A DNA stretch of 36,704 bases, taken from Candidatus Undinarchaeota archaeon (GTDB lineage: Archaea; Undinarchaeota; Undinarchaeia; Undinarchaeales; UBA543). The stretch spans positions 1 to 36,704 of the forward strand of contig CAZWSR010000005.1 in the NCBI GenBank assembly GCA_964636545.1. The letters run 5' to 3'. Shown one piece after another: positions 18,476 to 26,760 of this stretch. Made by a program: the position numbers and the translations under genes. A model generated the notes under the pieces. That model was not told the origin of the DNA, ran no database searches, and saw only the letters and a list, made by a program, of their open reading frames with translations. Each line of letters begins with the position of its first letter. The stretch's first letter is position 1.

Positions 18476-18637
18476 CTTGTCGAAAGTGCAATTTAAAAAT
18501 GCGGATCCCCAATTCTGCATAATACTCCACAAGGATTTACCTCCGTTGGTTTATTTTCTTTTGCGCAATTGACAGGTGTCGCGTAACCCCACAAGACACG
18601 ATCTTTGGGCCCTGGATTTTCCGGGGCTCTTTTTTTT
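18476..18637 (+). ncRNA. Candidate structured non-coding RNA of unknown family
   Basis: Nested stems with G-U pairs only on + strand, C-rich loops, terminal GC hairpin + T8, upstream TATA, no long ORF. Confidence 0.6.
18607..18637 (+). terminator. GC hairpin + oligo-T terminator
   Basis: GGGCCCTGGA-TTT-TCCGGGGCTC followed by eight Ts. Confidence 0.75.
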
Positions 18638-18693
18638 ATTTTACAAAAACTACTCTGTAAACTATTAAATAAAGTAAAAAACAGTGTATAAAC

Positions 18694-19209
18694 ATGGGTT
18701 TTTTAAGAAAAATAGGAATAGGAATTGTAGATGCAAATAAAGATGATTTGACTAGTTTAGAGTCACTTCTGAATATTTATAACAAAATACAAATATTAAA
18801 ATTTGAAAATTATGCATTAGAGGAATTTTTAAACCCAAGTACAAAAAAAATAATGAAGAAAAAAGCAAATAGAATAGAGAAAAAATATTTAGACATAAAA
18901 TATTGTTTTACAAATCCTGGGGAAAAAGAAAAAAAAGCAAAAGTGTACTTGACTGTGAGATATGTTGATGAAGTCCGTCAAAGATCAATTGGAAGCAAGG
19001 AAATAAAAAAAACAATAGAGAGATATATAGAAATTGAAGAATTTGAAGTTGGAACAAAAAATGGCTCACAAAAAATAGTTGAAATTCTATTAAAGGATCT
19101 TAAGAAAAAAATTAAAGCAAAACAAAATGATAAAGAATTATGGGATGCATACAGATTAAAGCTGAAAGATAAGAACGCTACAGATATCCTGAAATTTCTT
19201 ACATCCTAA
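18694..19209 (+). CDS. AT-rich, Lys-rich orphan protein
   Basis: 171 aa ATG ORF with atypical A-rich codons, convergent overlap with the next gene. Confidence 0.65.
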   Translation: MGFLRKIGIGIVDANKDDLTSLESLLNIYNKIQILKFENYALEEFLNPSTKKIMKKKANRIEKKYLDIKYCFTNPGEKEKKAKVYLTVRYVDEVRQRSIGSKEIKKTIERYIEIEEFEVGTKNGSQKIVEILLKDLKKKIKAKQNDKELWDAYRLKLKDKNATDILKFLTS

Positions 19210-19661
19210 AACGGATTTACCCCATATCTAAGTTCTAAGTAATCGCCTTGTGTTGGAGTATAATAATCTGGACTATCTAAATTAAGTTTTCCATTTACAT
19301 AAAACAACCAAGTGTAATTGCCTGCATTCTCTGCACTGTATTCACCTGCATCTATTTTGGTCACAACAAAACCATTATTGAGAAAATCCTGAGTCACTGT
19401 TCCAACTTTATTAAACAATTGATATGCATTATCACCAGTTCCAATTTCAACAACTTCAGTTACACGAGAATAATTTCCAAAATCAATAATAACCTGTGCC
19501 ATGCTTACTTGCTCAATATCTGAATCATCATCTTCAATTAAAGAACTAGCAATTCCAGCACCCATACTAACAACCATCACAAGTGCCATTGCAAGGATTA
19601 TTGCTTTGTTCTTTTCCATACCAAGATAGAGCTTTTTAGTGGACTGGCCTTTTTTTGCCAT
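19206..19661 (-). CDS. Membrane-anchored DUF4430 (transcobalamin C-terminal-like) protein
   Basis: N-terminal TM, then FVVTKID..WLFYVNGK..YTPTQGDYLELRY; start re-called to ATG 19661 (or 19619) because the upstream extension is translated heptamer repeat. Confidence 0.75.
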   Translation of the reverse strand: MAKKGQSTKKLYLGMEKNKAIILAMALVMVVSMGAGIASSLIEDDDSDIEQVSMAQVIIDFGNYSRVTEVVEIGTGDNAYQLFNKVGTVTQDFLNNGFVVTKIDAGEYSAENAGNYTWLFYVNGKLNLDSPDYYTPTQGDYLELRYGVNPF

Positions 19662-19667
19662 TTCAAA

Positions 19668-19744
19668 AGGTTGGAGGTTGGAGGTTTGAGGTTTGAGGAG
19701 CGTGAGAATACTACCTACTACACACTGCCAACTGCCAACTGCCT
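19668..19744. repeat. Two opposed 7-bp tandem arrays
   Basis: AGGTTGG x2, AGGTTTG x2; spacer; ACTACCT ACTACAC ACTGCCA ACTGCCA ACTGCCT. Confidence 0.85.
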
Positions 19745-19762
19745 GAACCAATATATCCAAAA

Positions 19763-20305
19763 TCATGGCGTTATTCTCCCAGTTTTGTAGTAAGTAACAT
19801 CATCTTCATTATCAACAACAGCAAGCCACATACTCTTTTTTACAGAGTGGCCAAGACGAATTATTCTTGAAAGCTCAGTCATTGTAAGATTGTAATACTC
19901 AGTAACTGCATGAACCATTGCGTCACTGTGCGCTTGTCCAGGGATTTCTCCGCGATTATAGATACGGAAGTGAGCACCGAACTTGAAGCCGGTTTTAACA
20001 AGATATCCTTTATCACGCAAGTCATTGTAAACAACAGATTGTGGATAAATTTGAGCATCGTTTTTCTCACCAAGTTTCAAAAGTTCCTCGGTACTGAGCT
20101 CTTTTTTAGCTGTTTTGCCTTTTTTAACAACCAGCTTGTTTTTGTCAACTAGATAAATTGCCTCAAGCAGGGCTAAGGTAAGCTTCCCGCCAGATTTCAT
20201 TTCGCCGTAGAAGCCCTTCTGGTATAGGGAATTTGCCTCTTTTTCATTAGAGACAAGAACATTCCCCCCAACAAGCACTCCTTTAGCAGTCATCTTTTGT
20301 TTCAT
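19763..20305 (-). CDS. endA: tRNA-intron endonuclease, catalytic subunit
   Basis: LEAIYL, VYNDLRDKGY.VKTGFKFGAHFRIY, AHS, RLGHSVKK, VDNEDDVTYY; catalytic Tyr/His/Lys present. Confidence 0.96.
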   Translation of the reverse strand: MKQKMTAKGVLVGGNVLVSNEKEANSLYQKGFYGEMKSGGKLTLALLEAIYLVDKNKLVVKKGKTAKKELSTEELLKLGEKNDAQIYPQSVVYNDLRDKGYLVKTGFKFGAHFRIYNRGEIPGQAHSDAMVHAVTEYYNLTMTELSRIIRLGHSVKKSMWLAVVDNEDDVTYYKTGRITP

Positions 20306-20348
20306 AGTAGAGTTATTAGAAATTAGGCACTATATAAATGGTTCAGTT

Positions 20349-21425
20349 CTACTTTGATATTCTTCTCGGCTTTTTTCTTTTTTTAAGAATAGTGTAAAAT
20401 TCAGATGTCCAATATTTTTTGCGTTTTCTCCATTCAGTTTTATCCAGCCTTTCTCTGTGTCCTTTTGTGGTGTCAATTGCAAGAGCAGCAGCAGTGGCAA
20501 TGTCAGGAGAAAACATTGAATATGATTCAAGAAGTTCTCTTAATTTTCCAGTGGTTCCAAAGCCACGAACACCAACTTTTCTTACAAAAGTAGGACAAGT
20601 TTTTGAAAGACGATGTTCTATTGCAGAACCAAGACCATTCACAACTGAGTGATCTTCAGCAGTTACAACAGCGCCTGTTTTCTTGGCAGATTTCCACAAA
20701 GTTTTATCCATTGGATCAAGTTTTGGAACATTAACAACTTCAGCAGAAATTCCTTTCTTATTTAAGAGATATGCTGCTTCCAATGAAAGATTTACCATTG
20801 GACCGCAGGAATAAATTGTAACATCACTGCCTTTTCTCAAAATTTCTGCTTCGCCTGTAAATTTATAATCATTTTTATAGATAGGATAAAGTGAAATTCT
20901 AGGAAGTCGCATAAACATTGGGCCTTTATTTTCAACCATATACTCAAGCATTTTCTCCATTTGAGTAACATCAGCTGGCACAAGAACTTCAATATTTGGA
21001 AGTCCGCGCATCATTCCAATATCTTCAAGCATTTGATGAGTTGCTCCATCTGGACCAACAGTGATTCCTGCGTGCGTTGCAACAAGTTTTGTATTTGTTT
21101 TTGCATATGCAACAACTTGTCGAATTTGATCATAAACCCTGCCTGGTAAAAACACTGCAAAAGTTGAAACAAAAGGGATTTTATCACTTACAGCCATTCC
21201 ACCAGCAATTCCAACCATGTTTTGCTCTGCAATTCCAATTTGGAAAAATCGATTTTCAAATCTTTTAGCAAATTCCTTGAATCCAACAGAACCTTTTACA
21301 TCAGAAGTTAGCGCAACAATGTTTTTGTTTTTAGCAGCAAGTTTTACTAATTTTTCACCATACTTTGATCTAATGGAAACTGCTTTTACTTTCTTGGCAA
21401 GATTAACTGTCTTGACTTCTCTCAT
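20349..21425 (-). CDS. Transketolase C-terminal subunit
   Basis: GIAEQNMVGIAGG, GPDGATHQ..ED, VVTAEDH...NGLG; start re-called to ATG 21425; extra basic tail. Confidence 0.92.
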   Translation of the reverse strand: MREVKTVNLAKKVKAVSIRSKYGEKLVKLAAKNKNIVALTSDVKGSVGFKEFAKRFENRFFQIGIAEQNMVGIAGGMAVSDKIPFVSTFAVFLPGRVYDQIRQVVAYAKTNTKLVATHAGITVGPDGATHQMLEDIGMMRGLPNIEVLVPADVTQMEKMLEYMVENKGPMFMRLPRISLYPIYKNDYKFTGEAEILRKGSDVTIYSCGPMVNLSLEAAYLLNKKGISAEVVNVPKLDPMDKTLWKSAKKTGAVVTAEDHSVVNGLGSAIEHRLSKTCPTFVRKVGVRGFGTTGKLRELLESYSMFSPDIATAAALAIDTTKGHRERLDKTEWRKRKKYWTSEFYTILKKRKKPRRISK

Positions 21426-21457
21426 AAAAAACAATTGGATTATCTACTATTTAACTA

Positions 21458-22219
21458 TTACCCGCTGAACAAACGTTCCTTTGCTCTGTACAAAAAACTG
21501 TCCTTGTATGGAACTCCAATAAATTTAGATGCTAATTTTTTGTATGCCCTTGATGCAGGACTGTGTGGTTTGAGCATAACAACTGGCTTTCGCATTGAAA
21601 TGCTTCTTGGAACATTAGTGTCAAATGGAACTTTAACAAGAATAGGATAGCCTTTAAGAATTCCGCGGATTGTCTCATCCTTAAGCTCGTACCTAGCCCC
21701 TGTGAATTTTGTAACTACAATACCTTTGACTGGAACACCGAGTTTTTCAGAAATTTTAATTGCCTTAAGAGCATCAACAAGTGCTGGAAGCTCTGGGTTT
21801 GTAACAATAATTGCCTCGTCAGCAATCTTTATGCTTTTCAGAACTTCTCCCCACAATCCAGCTCCACAATCAAGCAAAACATGGTCGTAAGTTCCCTTTA
21901 ATGGGTCAAGTGCTTCTCGGAAATTTCCCAAATATCGTGAACTACCATTTGAAAGTGTGAGTCCTGCAGGAATTATATTTAATCCAGAAGAATGTGTCTG
22001 AACAGTGTCAAGAACCTTAGCTTCTCCCCTTAAAACATTGTGCAAAGTAACTGGTGTTGGTGGCAAACCAAGCTGTAGTGCTAGGTTTGGAGTAACAAGA
22101 TTAGTGTCAACAGCAACAACTCTTTGATTAAATTGATGAATAGAAGAGCCGAGATTTACAGTTGTAGTGGTCTTTCCAACACCACCTTTACCTGAAATAA
22201 TAACAGTATATTTTGTAAT
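21458..22219 (-). CDS. minD: Second archaeal MinD/ParA-family ATPase, probable ATT start
   Basis: Frame of ORF 21458..22066 stays open upstream through SGKGGVGKTTTTVNLG; ATT at 22219 aligns with Met1 of the paralogue. Confidence 0.88.
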   Translation of the reverse strand: MTKYTVIISGKGGVGKTTTTVNLGSSIHQFNQRVVAVDTNLVTPNLALQLGLPPTPVTLHNVLRGEAKVLDTVQTHSSGLNIIPAGLTLSNGSSRYLGNFREALDPLKGTYDHVLLDCGAGLWGEVLKSIKIADEAIIVTNPELPALVDALKAIKISEKLGVPVKGIVVTKFTGARYELKDETIRGILKGYPILVKVPFDTNVPRSISMRKPVVMLKPHSPASRAYKKLASKFIGVPYKDSFLYRAKERLFSG

Positions 22220-22321
22220 TTTAGTTCCCCTGCTAGCGTATTTTGCTAGAAAATCATCCAGAGACGATTGTAGATTTCTCTATACCAAGTTGCTTGTATT
22301 TAAACCTTGCGAATAATTTTG

Positions 22322-25087
22322 TTAAATTTCGTCAACAACAGACTGGATATATCCGTTGCCTGTTTCGGATTTTGGAGTTGTTTTTTCTTCACTTGAAACT
22401 TGAGACTGGACATTTGAAGCTTCTGGAACCGGACTTTTGGATTCTAGCTCTTTCCTTGGCTCAATTCTTGCTCCAACATCGCTGTTCTTTTGTTCCATTC
22501 GTGATGCAATTCCTTGTAATCTGCTTTTCAAACTGTGGGCACTGTTATAAGTTTCCTTAAATTCAGATTTAATGCCTTCAAGGTTTGAGAGAATGTGTTC
22601 AGCATCCTTTGGGTGCCATTCATTCAATTCTTTTTGTTCAGGTTTTTGTTCAGAATTTTGTTCAGAAGTTCCTAGTGCCTGTTCAAGGCGGCTTAGATTT
22701 ATTCCTTCAGTATTTCTCTTCATTAAGTTTTCACTTCCATTTGCTTTGCCCATAGTAGAAGCTCCTGCTTTAAATGTTTTTTTGAACCGACTTAGAAGGC
22801 TTCCTGCACTGCCAGAGGTTGGTGCAGATGGTTTATCTCCGCCAGAACCGAAACTAACTGTTTCATTTCCTTGATCATCAATACCTTCAATTACATCTTC
22901 ATCCTGTCTTGAGTAGTAGTAGTAACCAACAACAGCAACGAGAAGTAAGAGTGCAACAATAACTGCTGTTATTCCACCTGCAGTTGTTAGAATGTATCCT
23001 GTAACACCGCCACTCTGAACACCATCATTTATGATTTTGTCAGCTTCAAGAACAGTTACAGTGACACTGCCATATTGCTCACCATTTGCATTTGAAATAT
23101 AAATGTCAACTGCTTCTATACCAGATGGTGCATTTGACAAAGTTCCAGTAATAGCAACTGCTTGTGTCTCATCTGGGAGAACTGTAATGCTGCTTGGACT
23201 AAAACTTAGGTCAAGTCCTTTTGCATAAATCAAATAGGTTTGTGAATCTCTGAGTGGATTGTGCACACGCATTGTAAATGCAATTGTTCCATTTGGACCA
23301 GTTTCAAATATTTCTGGGTCAAGTGTAAGTGATGGTTCTGCCATTCCACGAATTTCAAGATCAACTGTTTTACTGCGCTCATATTCTCCTGAAATGCTTG
23401 CAGTGTAATAAATTGAATAATCGCCAGATTCCCCATTTATTGGAGATTCCTCAGCATCAATTGTGAATTTAACTTCTTCCTCTTCACCTGAAGAAATGTA
23501 AACATCCTGAGTTTCCATAAAACGGTTGTCAACATAAAGCTTGACTGTTACGCGTCTTCCGCCAATTGATTTCAGATTGCTTAGTGTGATTGCTGCAGTT
23601 ACATCAACATCTGAAACAGAGCCAAGATCAAAACCAGTTGGTGATAGCACAGGTTTGTCTAAACTAAGATCAAAGTAATTGTCTTTCTGTGTAACAACTA
23701 AGTTTGATTTCTCAATATCAGTTGAGTGAGCACTTTCAACAACAACTTTTACTTCGTAAGTATCAATAATAGCATCAAGAGGAACATCAACAAACAATGA
23801 AACATATTTGCTCTTTCCTGGACCAAGCGTTATTTTTTCATCTTCGAGTTCAAACCAGTGTTCAATATTGTAAGAAGTCCGGTATGAAATATCAAAAGTG
23901 TCAGCTTTGTCTCCTTTGTTGTGGATGTAGATATCGAATTCTCTGTAATGACCAGATTTAATTTCAAGGTTCTGTGGTTCAAGATTTACTTCAACATCAT
24001 AGTCAGTTCCGCTTGGAGTGCCATCGCCTTGGCCAACATCAAGAATTTCCATCTGAACTGTTTCAAGATCAATTAAGCGACCATTTAGATCTTCTAGTTT
24101 GATTGTGATTGGATAGTTCTTTGCTTCTGCATCATTTGGAACATTAACAAATAATGAAATATCCTCACGCTCACCTGAGCGAAGTGCAACTAGATTTGAT
24201 TCTGGTGAAAGTGAATATTCAAACTCATGATGAGTGTTGATCACAAGACGGTATGTGCCTTGTGCATCATTTACACTTGTTATTGCAATTAAGTAATCAA
24301 AAACATCACCTGGCTCAAGTGATAGTTTGGTTGGACTAATAGTCATGTCAACAAGACCGTCACCGCTTGGGTTACTTGCAACAACTTGCATTGTATCAGT
24401 TTCTGTAAATTCCTGGTTGTTGTCATAGAAACGAGCTGTTACAGTTTTAGTACCAGTTGACTGGAACTGTAGTCCGCTTGAGAAAGTGTAAGTGAATTCT
24501 CCATTTGCAGCTGAATTTACTGAACCAATAATTCCAACACCTTCAATATCAAAAGTGACGGTGGTTGCAAGTCCTGCTTGATTTTTCTTAACAGTTCCGG
24601 TGAATGTAATTGGTTGGGTTGTGTAAAGAAGTGAATCAGTTGTTACAACATCAGTTGCATCAAATGTTTCAATTAAAATTGTGTCAACAACATCAACATT
24701 GGTTGTTCCAGTGTTTGAAGTTGGATCAGTTTCTGTTAGCTCTGTGATTGTTGCAGTTGCTGTGTAAGTTCCGCTTACTGTAGGAGTCCATGTAAATGCA
24801 AGATCCTGTACTTCAGCATTTGCAAGAGAAATTGTTTGTGTTCCAGTTGAAACCACTTGAGTTGCAGAATCTGTGATATCATAAGAAACAACAGCGTCTG
24901 TAGCTGAATCTGGACCAAGATTGTCCACACGAATAGTCAATTCTGACTGAAGTCCAGTACCAATTGGGTTTGGATCAAAAGTCAAACTAACAACGCGAGC
25001 GTCGGCTGCAGCATATGCAGGGACTGCGATCATGGCAAGAACTACCATGAATGTTATCAATAGTTTACTAATACTGACATTTGTCAT
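22322..25087 (-). CDS. Large membrane-anchored surface protein with CARDB/Ig-like domains and long cytoplasmic tail
   Basis: Signal peptide (..PAYA|A), beta-rich acidic repeats (IRVDNLG, IHNKGDKADTF, VHNP), one TM near aa 710-735, tail of about 195 aa. Confidence 0.85.
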   Translation of the reverse strand: MTNVSISKLLITFMVVLAMIAVPAYAAADARVVSLTFDPNPIGTGLQSELTIRVDNLGPDSATDAVVSYDITDSATQVVSTGTQTISLANAEVQDLAFTWTPTVSGTYTATATITELTETDPTSNTGTTNVDVVDTILIETFDATDVVTTDSLLYTTQPITFTGTVKKNQAGLATTVTFDIEGVGIIGSVNSAANGEFTYTFSSGLQFQSTGTKTVTARFYDNNQEFTETDTMQVVASNPSGDGLVDMTISPTKLSLEPGDVFDYLIAITSVNDAQGTYRLVINTHHEFEYSLSPESNLVALRSGEREDISLFVNVPNDAEAKNYPITIKLEDLNGRLIDLETVQMEILDVGQGDGTPSGTDYDVEVNLEPQNLEIKSGHYREFDIYIHNKGDKADTFDISYRTSYNIEHWFELEDEKITLGPGKSKYVSLFVDVPLDAIIDTYEVKVVVESAHSTDIEKSNLVVTQKDNYFDLSLDKPVLSPTGFDLGSVSDVDVTAAITLSNLKSIGGRRVTVKLYVDNRFMETQDVYISSGEEEEVKFTIDAEESPINGESGDYSIYYTASISGEYERSKTVDLEIRGMAEPSLTLDPEIFETGPNGTIAFTMRVHNPLRDSQTYLIYAKGLDLSFSPSSITVLPDETQAVAITGTLSNAPSGIEAVDIYISNANGEQYGSVTVTVLEADKIINDGVQSGGVTGYILTTAGGITAVIVALLLLVAVVGYYYYSRQDEDVIEGIDDQGNETVSFGSGGDKPSAPTSGSAGSLLSRFKKTFKAGASTMGKANGSENLMKRNTEGINLSRLEQALGTSEQNSEQKPEQKELNEWHPKDAEHILSNLEGIKSEFKETYNSAHSLKSRLQGIASRMEQKNSDVGARIEPRKELESKSPVPEASNVQSQVSSEEKTTPKSETGNGYIQSVVDEI

Positions 25088-25250
25088 TTTACTACACCAC
25101 AGTAGTGACATATGCACTATTTAAGCTTTATTATTACCCATTAGTGACAAAAGCAGTTGTTACTGTGTTGGACGTTACTGCTTACTAAGATGGTGGTTAT
25201 TATATTATTTATAGGTTTGTTAGAAGATTCGAAATTGAATTGATTACTGG

Positions 25251-25451
25251 TTAGAACAGCACGCCAATTCTTGACAATGCATACCCACTCCAAGCAACTA
25301 AAACAGTATAATAAACTGCAAGAGCCCAATGCAAAGGAATACCTTTCCAAAAGTGGTGCGCCTTTTTGTTATGGTATCGCGCAGATACTGTCAGTCCTGC
25401 GTAAATAAAACAGTCAAGTGCAACCAGGTACCAGATGATTTTTTCAATCAT
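25251..25451 (-). CDS. Small two-TM membrane protein
   Basis: 66 aa ATG ORF, two hydrophobic segments around a basic loop. Confidence 0.65.
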   Translation of the reverse strand: MIEKIIWYLVALDCFIYAGLTVSARYHNKKAHHFWKGIPLHWALAVYYTVLVAWSGYALSRIGVLF

Positions 25452-25505
25452 AAAAATAGGTAGGAAGTATTGGTTTAGAATAGTTTCTTCGCAAGAAAAA
25501 CAAAT

Positions 25506-25772
25506 CTAAAATTCCTTCCCAGCTTCTTCAAAAAAAGTAATGATCATTACGCAAAACATATGGAGTCGATAAGCAAGTTCATTCTCCGCGGCGGCAGCAA
25601 AATTATCCTTGCGCCGATTTTGACTTATTTTAGAAGATATAGTTAACCGCTTCTGATCAGAATCAAGTTCAACATAAAGCGCCCTCAACTTCTTAAACTT
25701 CCGCTTATAAAATAATTCAGCCAAAAGTTTTACTAGGCCTTCATACTCATGCGGTTCACAATAATCTACCAT
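25506..25772 (-). CDS. Small hypothetical protein
   Basis: 88 aa ATG ORF, no recognised motif. Confidence 0.5.
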   Translation of the reverse strand: MVDYCEPHEYEGLVKLLAELFYKRKFKKLRALYVELDSDQKRLTISSKISQNRRKDNFAAAAENELAYRLHMFCVMIITFFEEAGKEF

Positions 25773-25850
25773 AATTTATAGTTCGTTAAAGCCGTATTTA
25801 TTTCTTTCTTTTACTCAAAACAGTTATAAACTCAATTTCACTACCATAAT

Positions 25851-26423
25851 TTGAGTAATATGGTTAACTTAACTTTCAAAAATGCATTCAAATACCCATT
25901 TAATAGAGCAAAGGGCATGCTCAATATCTTTTTAATATTTTTACCAATTGTTGGTTGGTTTGCATTAGGTGGATACGGTGTTAGAATTATTCAAGAATTT
26001 AGTAAAGGTAAATTCAAACAACTGCCAACATTAAGTTTTGGAAGTGATTTCACATTAGGATTTTTCATGTTCATTAAAGCTATTCCATTTGTTGTGGTGT
26101 ATGGAGTACTTATGGGAATTCTTACTGTAATAAATCCAGTAGTAAGGGGCTTGGCTCAATTTTTCTTAATAGTGTTTGTAATTCCAATATTGAGCATAAA
26201 TTTTATGAACAAACAAACAGTTGGCTCTTATTTTGAATTTAATATACTAAAATATGTTTTTGATAATTTAGGAGAATATACAATTGCTTGGTTGAAAAGT
26301 CTTTTACTAGGGATAATATTTGCATTTATGAGTATAATTTTAATAGGTATACCCGCAAGTGTTTTTTGTAAAAACATCTTTTTCGCAGACTTTTATTGGA
26401 GAAAGGTTAAGACAAAGAAATAG
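25851..26423 (+). CDS. DUF4013-like membrane protein
   Basis: AFKYPF, LPIVGWFALGGY.VRII, LP...F..G motifs; about 4 TM; start may be ATG 25860. Confidence 0.8.
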   Translation: MSNMVNLTFKNAFKYPFNRAKGMLNIFLIFLPIVGWFALGGYGVRIIQEFSKGKFKQLPTLSFGSDFTLGFFMFIKAIPFVVVYGVLMGILTVINPVVRGLAQFFLIVFVIPILSINFMNKQTVGSYFEFNILKYVFDNLGEYTIAWLKSLLLGIIFAFMSIILIGIPASVFCKNIFFADFYWRKVKTKK

Positions 26424-26436
26424 ATAAGTTAGTAGT

Positions 26437-26688
26437 TTAAACCAAAACCGAATACACTAATAATGCTGCTGAGATTATAAAACAGATAATAGCAAACATG
26501 AAATTTAGTTTCATTGAAGTTTTTTTCCCAAGTTCAACATATGTAATCCGGTATTTTTTGCGAATAACCCATTTGAAATAACGCTTCTCAAATCGGATTT
26601 GCCAATTAACTATTTGTTCTGGGAAAAGAATTACAAGTAATCCAACTGTTAGGAGAATACCTGCTCTGATTAGGTTTGGAATGTCCAT
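26437..26688 (-). CDS. Small two-TM membrane protein
   Basis: Likely ATG at 26688 (MDIPNLIRAG); two TM flanking a basic loop. Confidence 0.6.
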   Translation of the reverse strand: MDIPNLIRAGILLTVGLLVILFPEQIVNWQIRFEKRYFKWVIRKKYRITYVELGKKTSMKLNFMFAIICFIISAALLVYSVLV

Positions 26689-26760
26689 GTTAAGAACATA
26701 GGGAAAAACAACTTTAAAAACATTTATTAACCTCAACTTTGATTACTTTAAACCTAAAAC

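Noticed and set aside
18476-18637. SRP RNA, RNase P RNA or tRNA
   Set aside because: No SRP helix-8 motif, no GAGGAAAGTCC-type P4 motif, no cloverleaf or T-arm.
19662-19766. N-terminal extension of the DUF4430 ORF
   Set aside because: It is translated heptamer repeat (AVGSWQ, KPQTSNLQP); downstream ATGs give a normal membrane anchor.
21458-22066. MinD pseudogene lacking Walker A
   Set aside because: The Walker A motif is intact and in frame upstream, with no stop or frameshift.
22243-22560. 105-aa + strand ORF
   Set aside because: Antisense shadow of the surface-protein tail, partly produced by the heptamer array.
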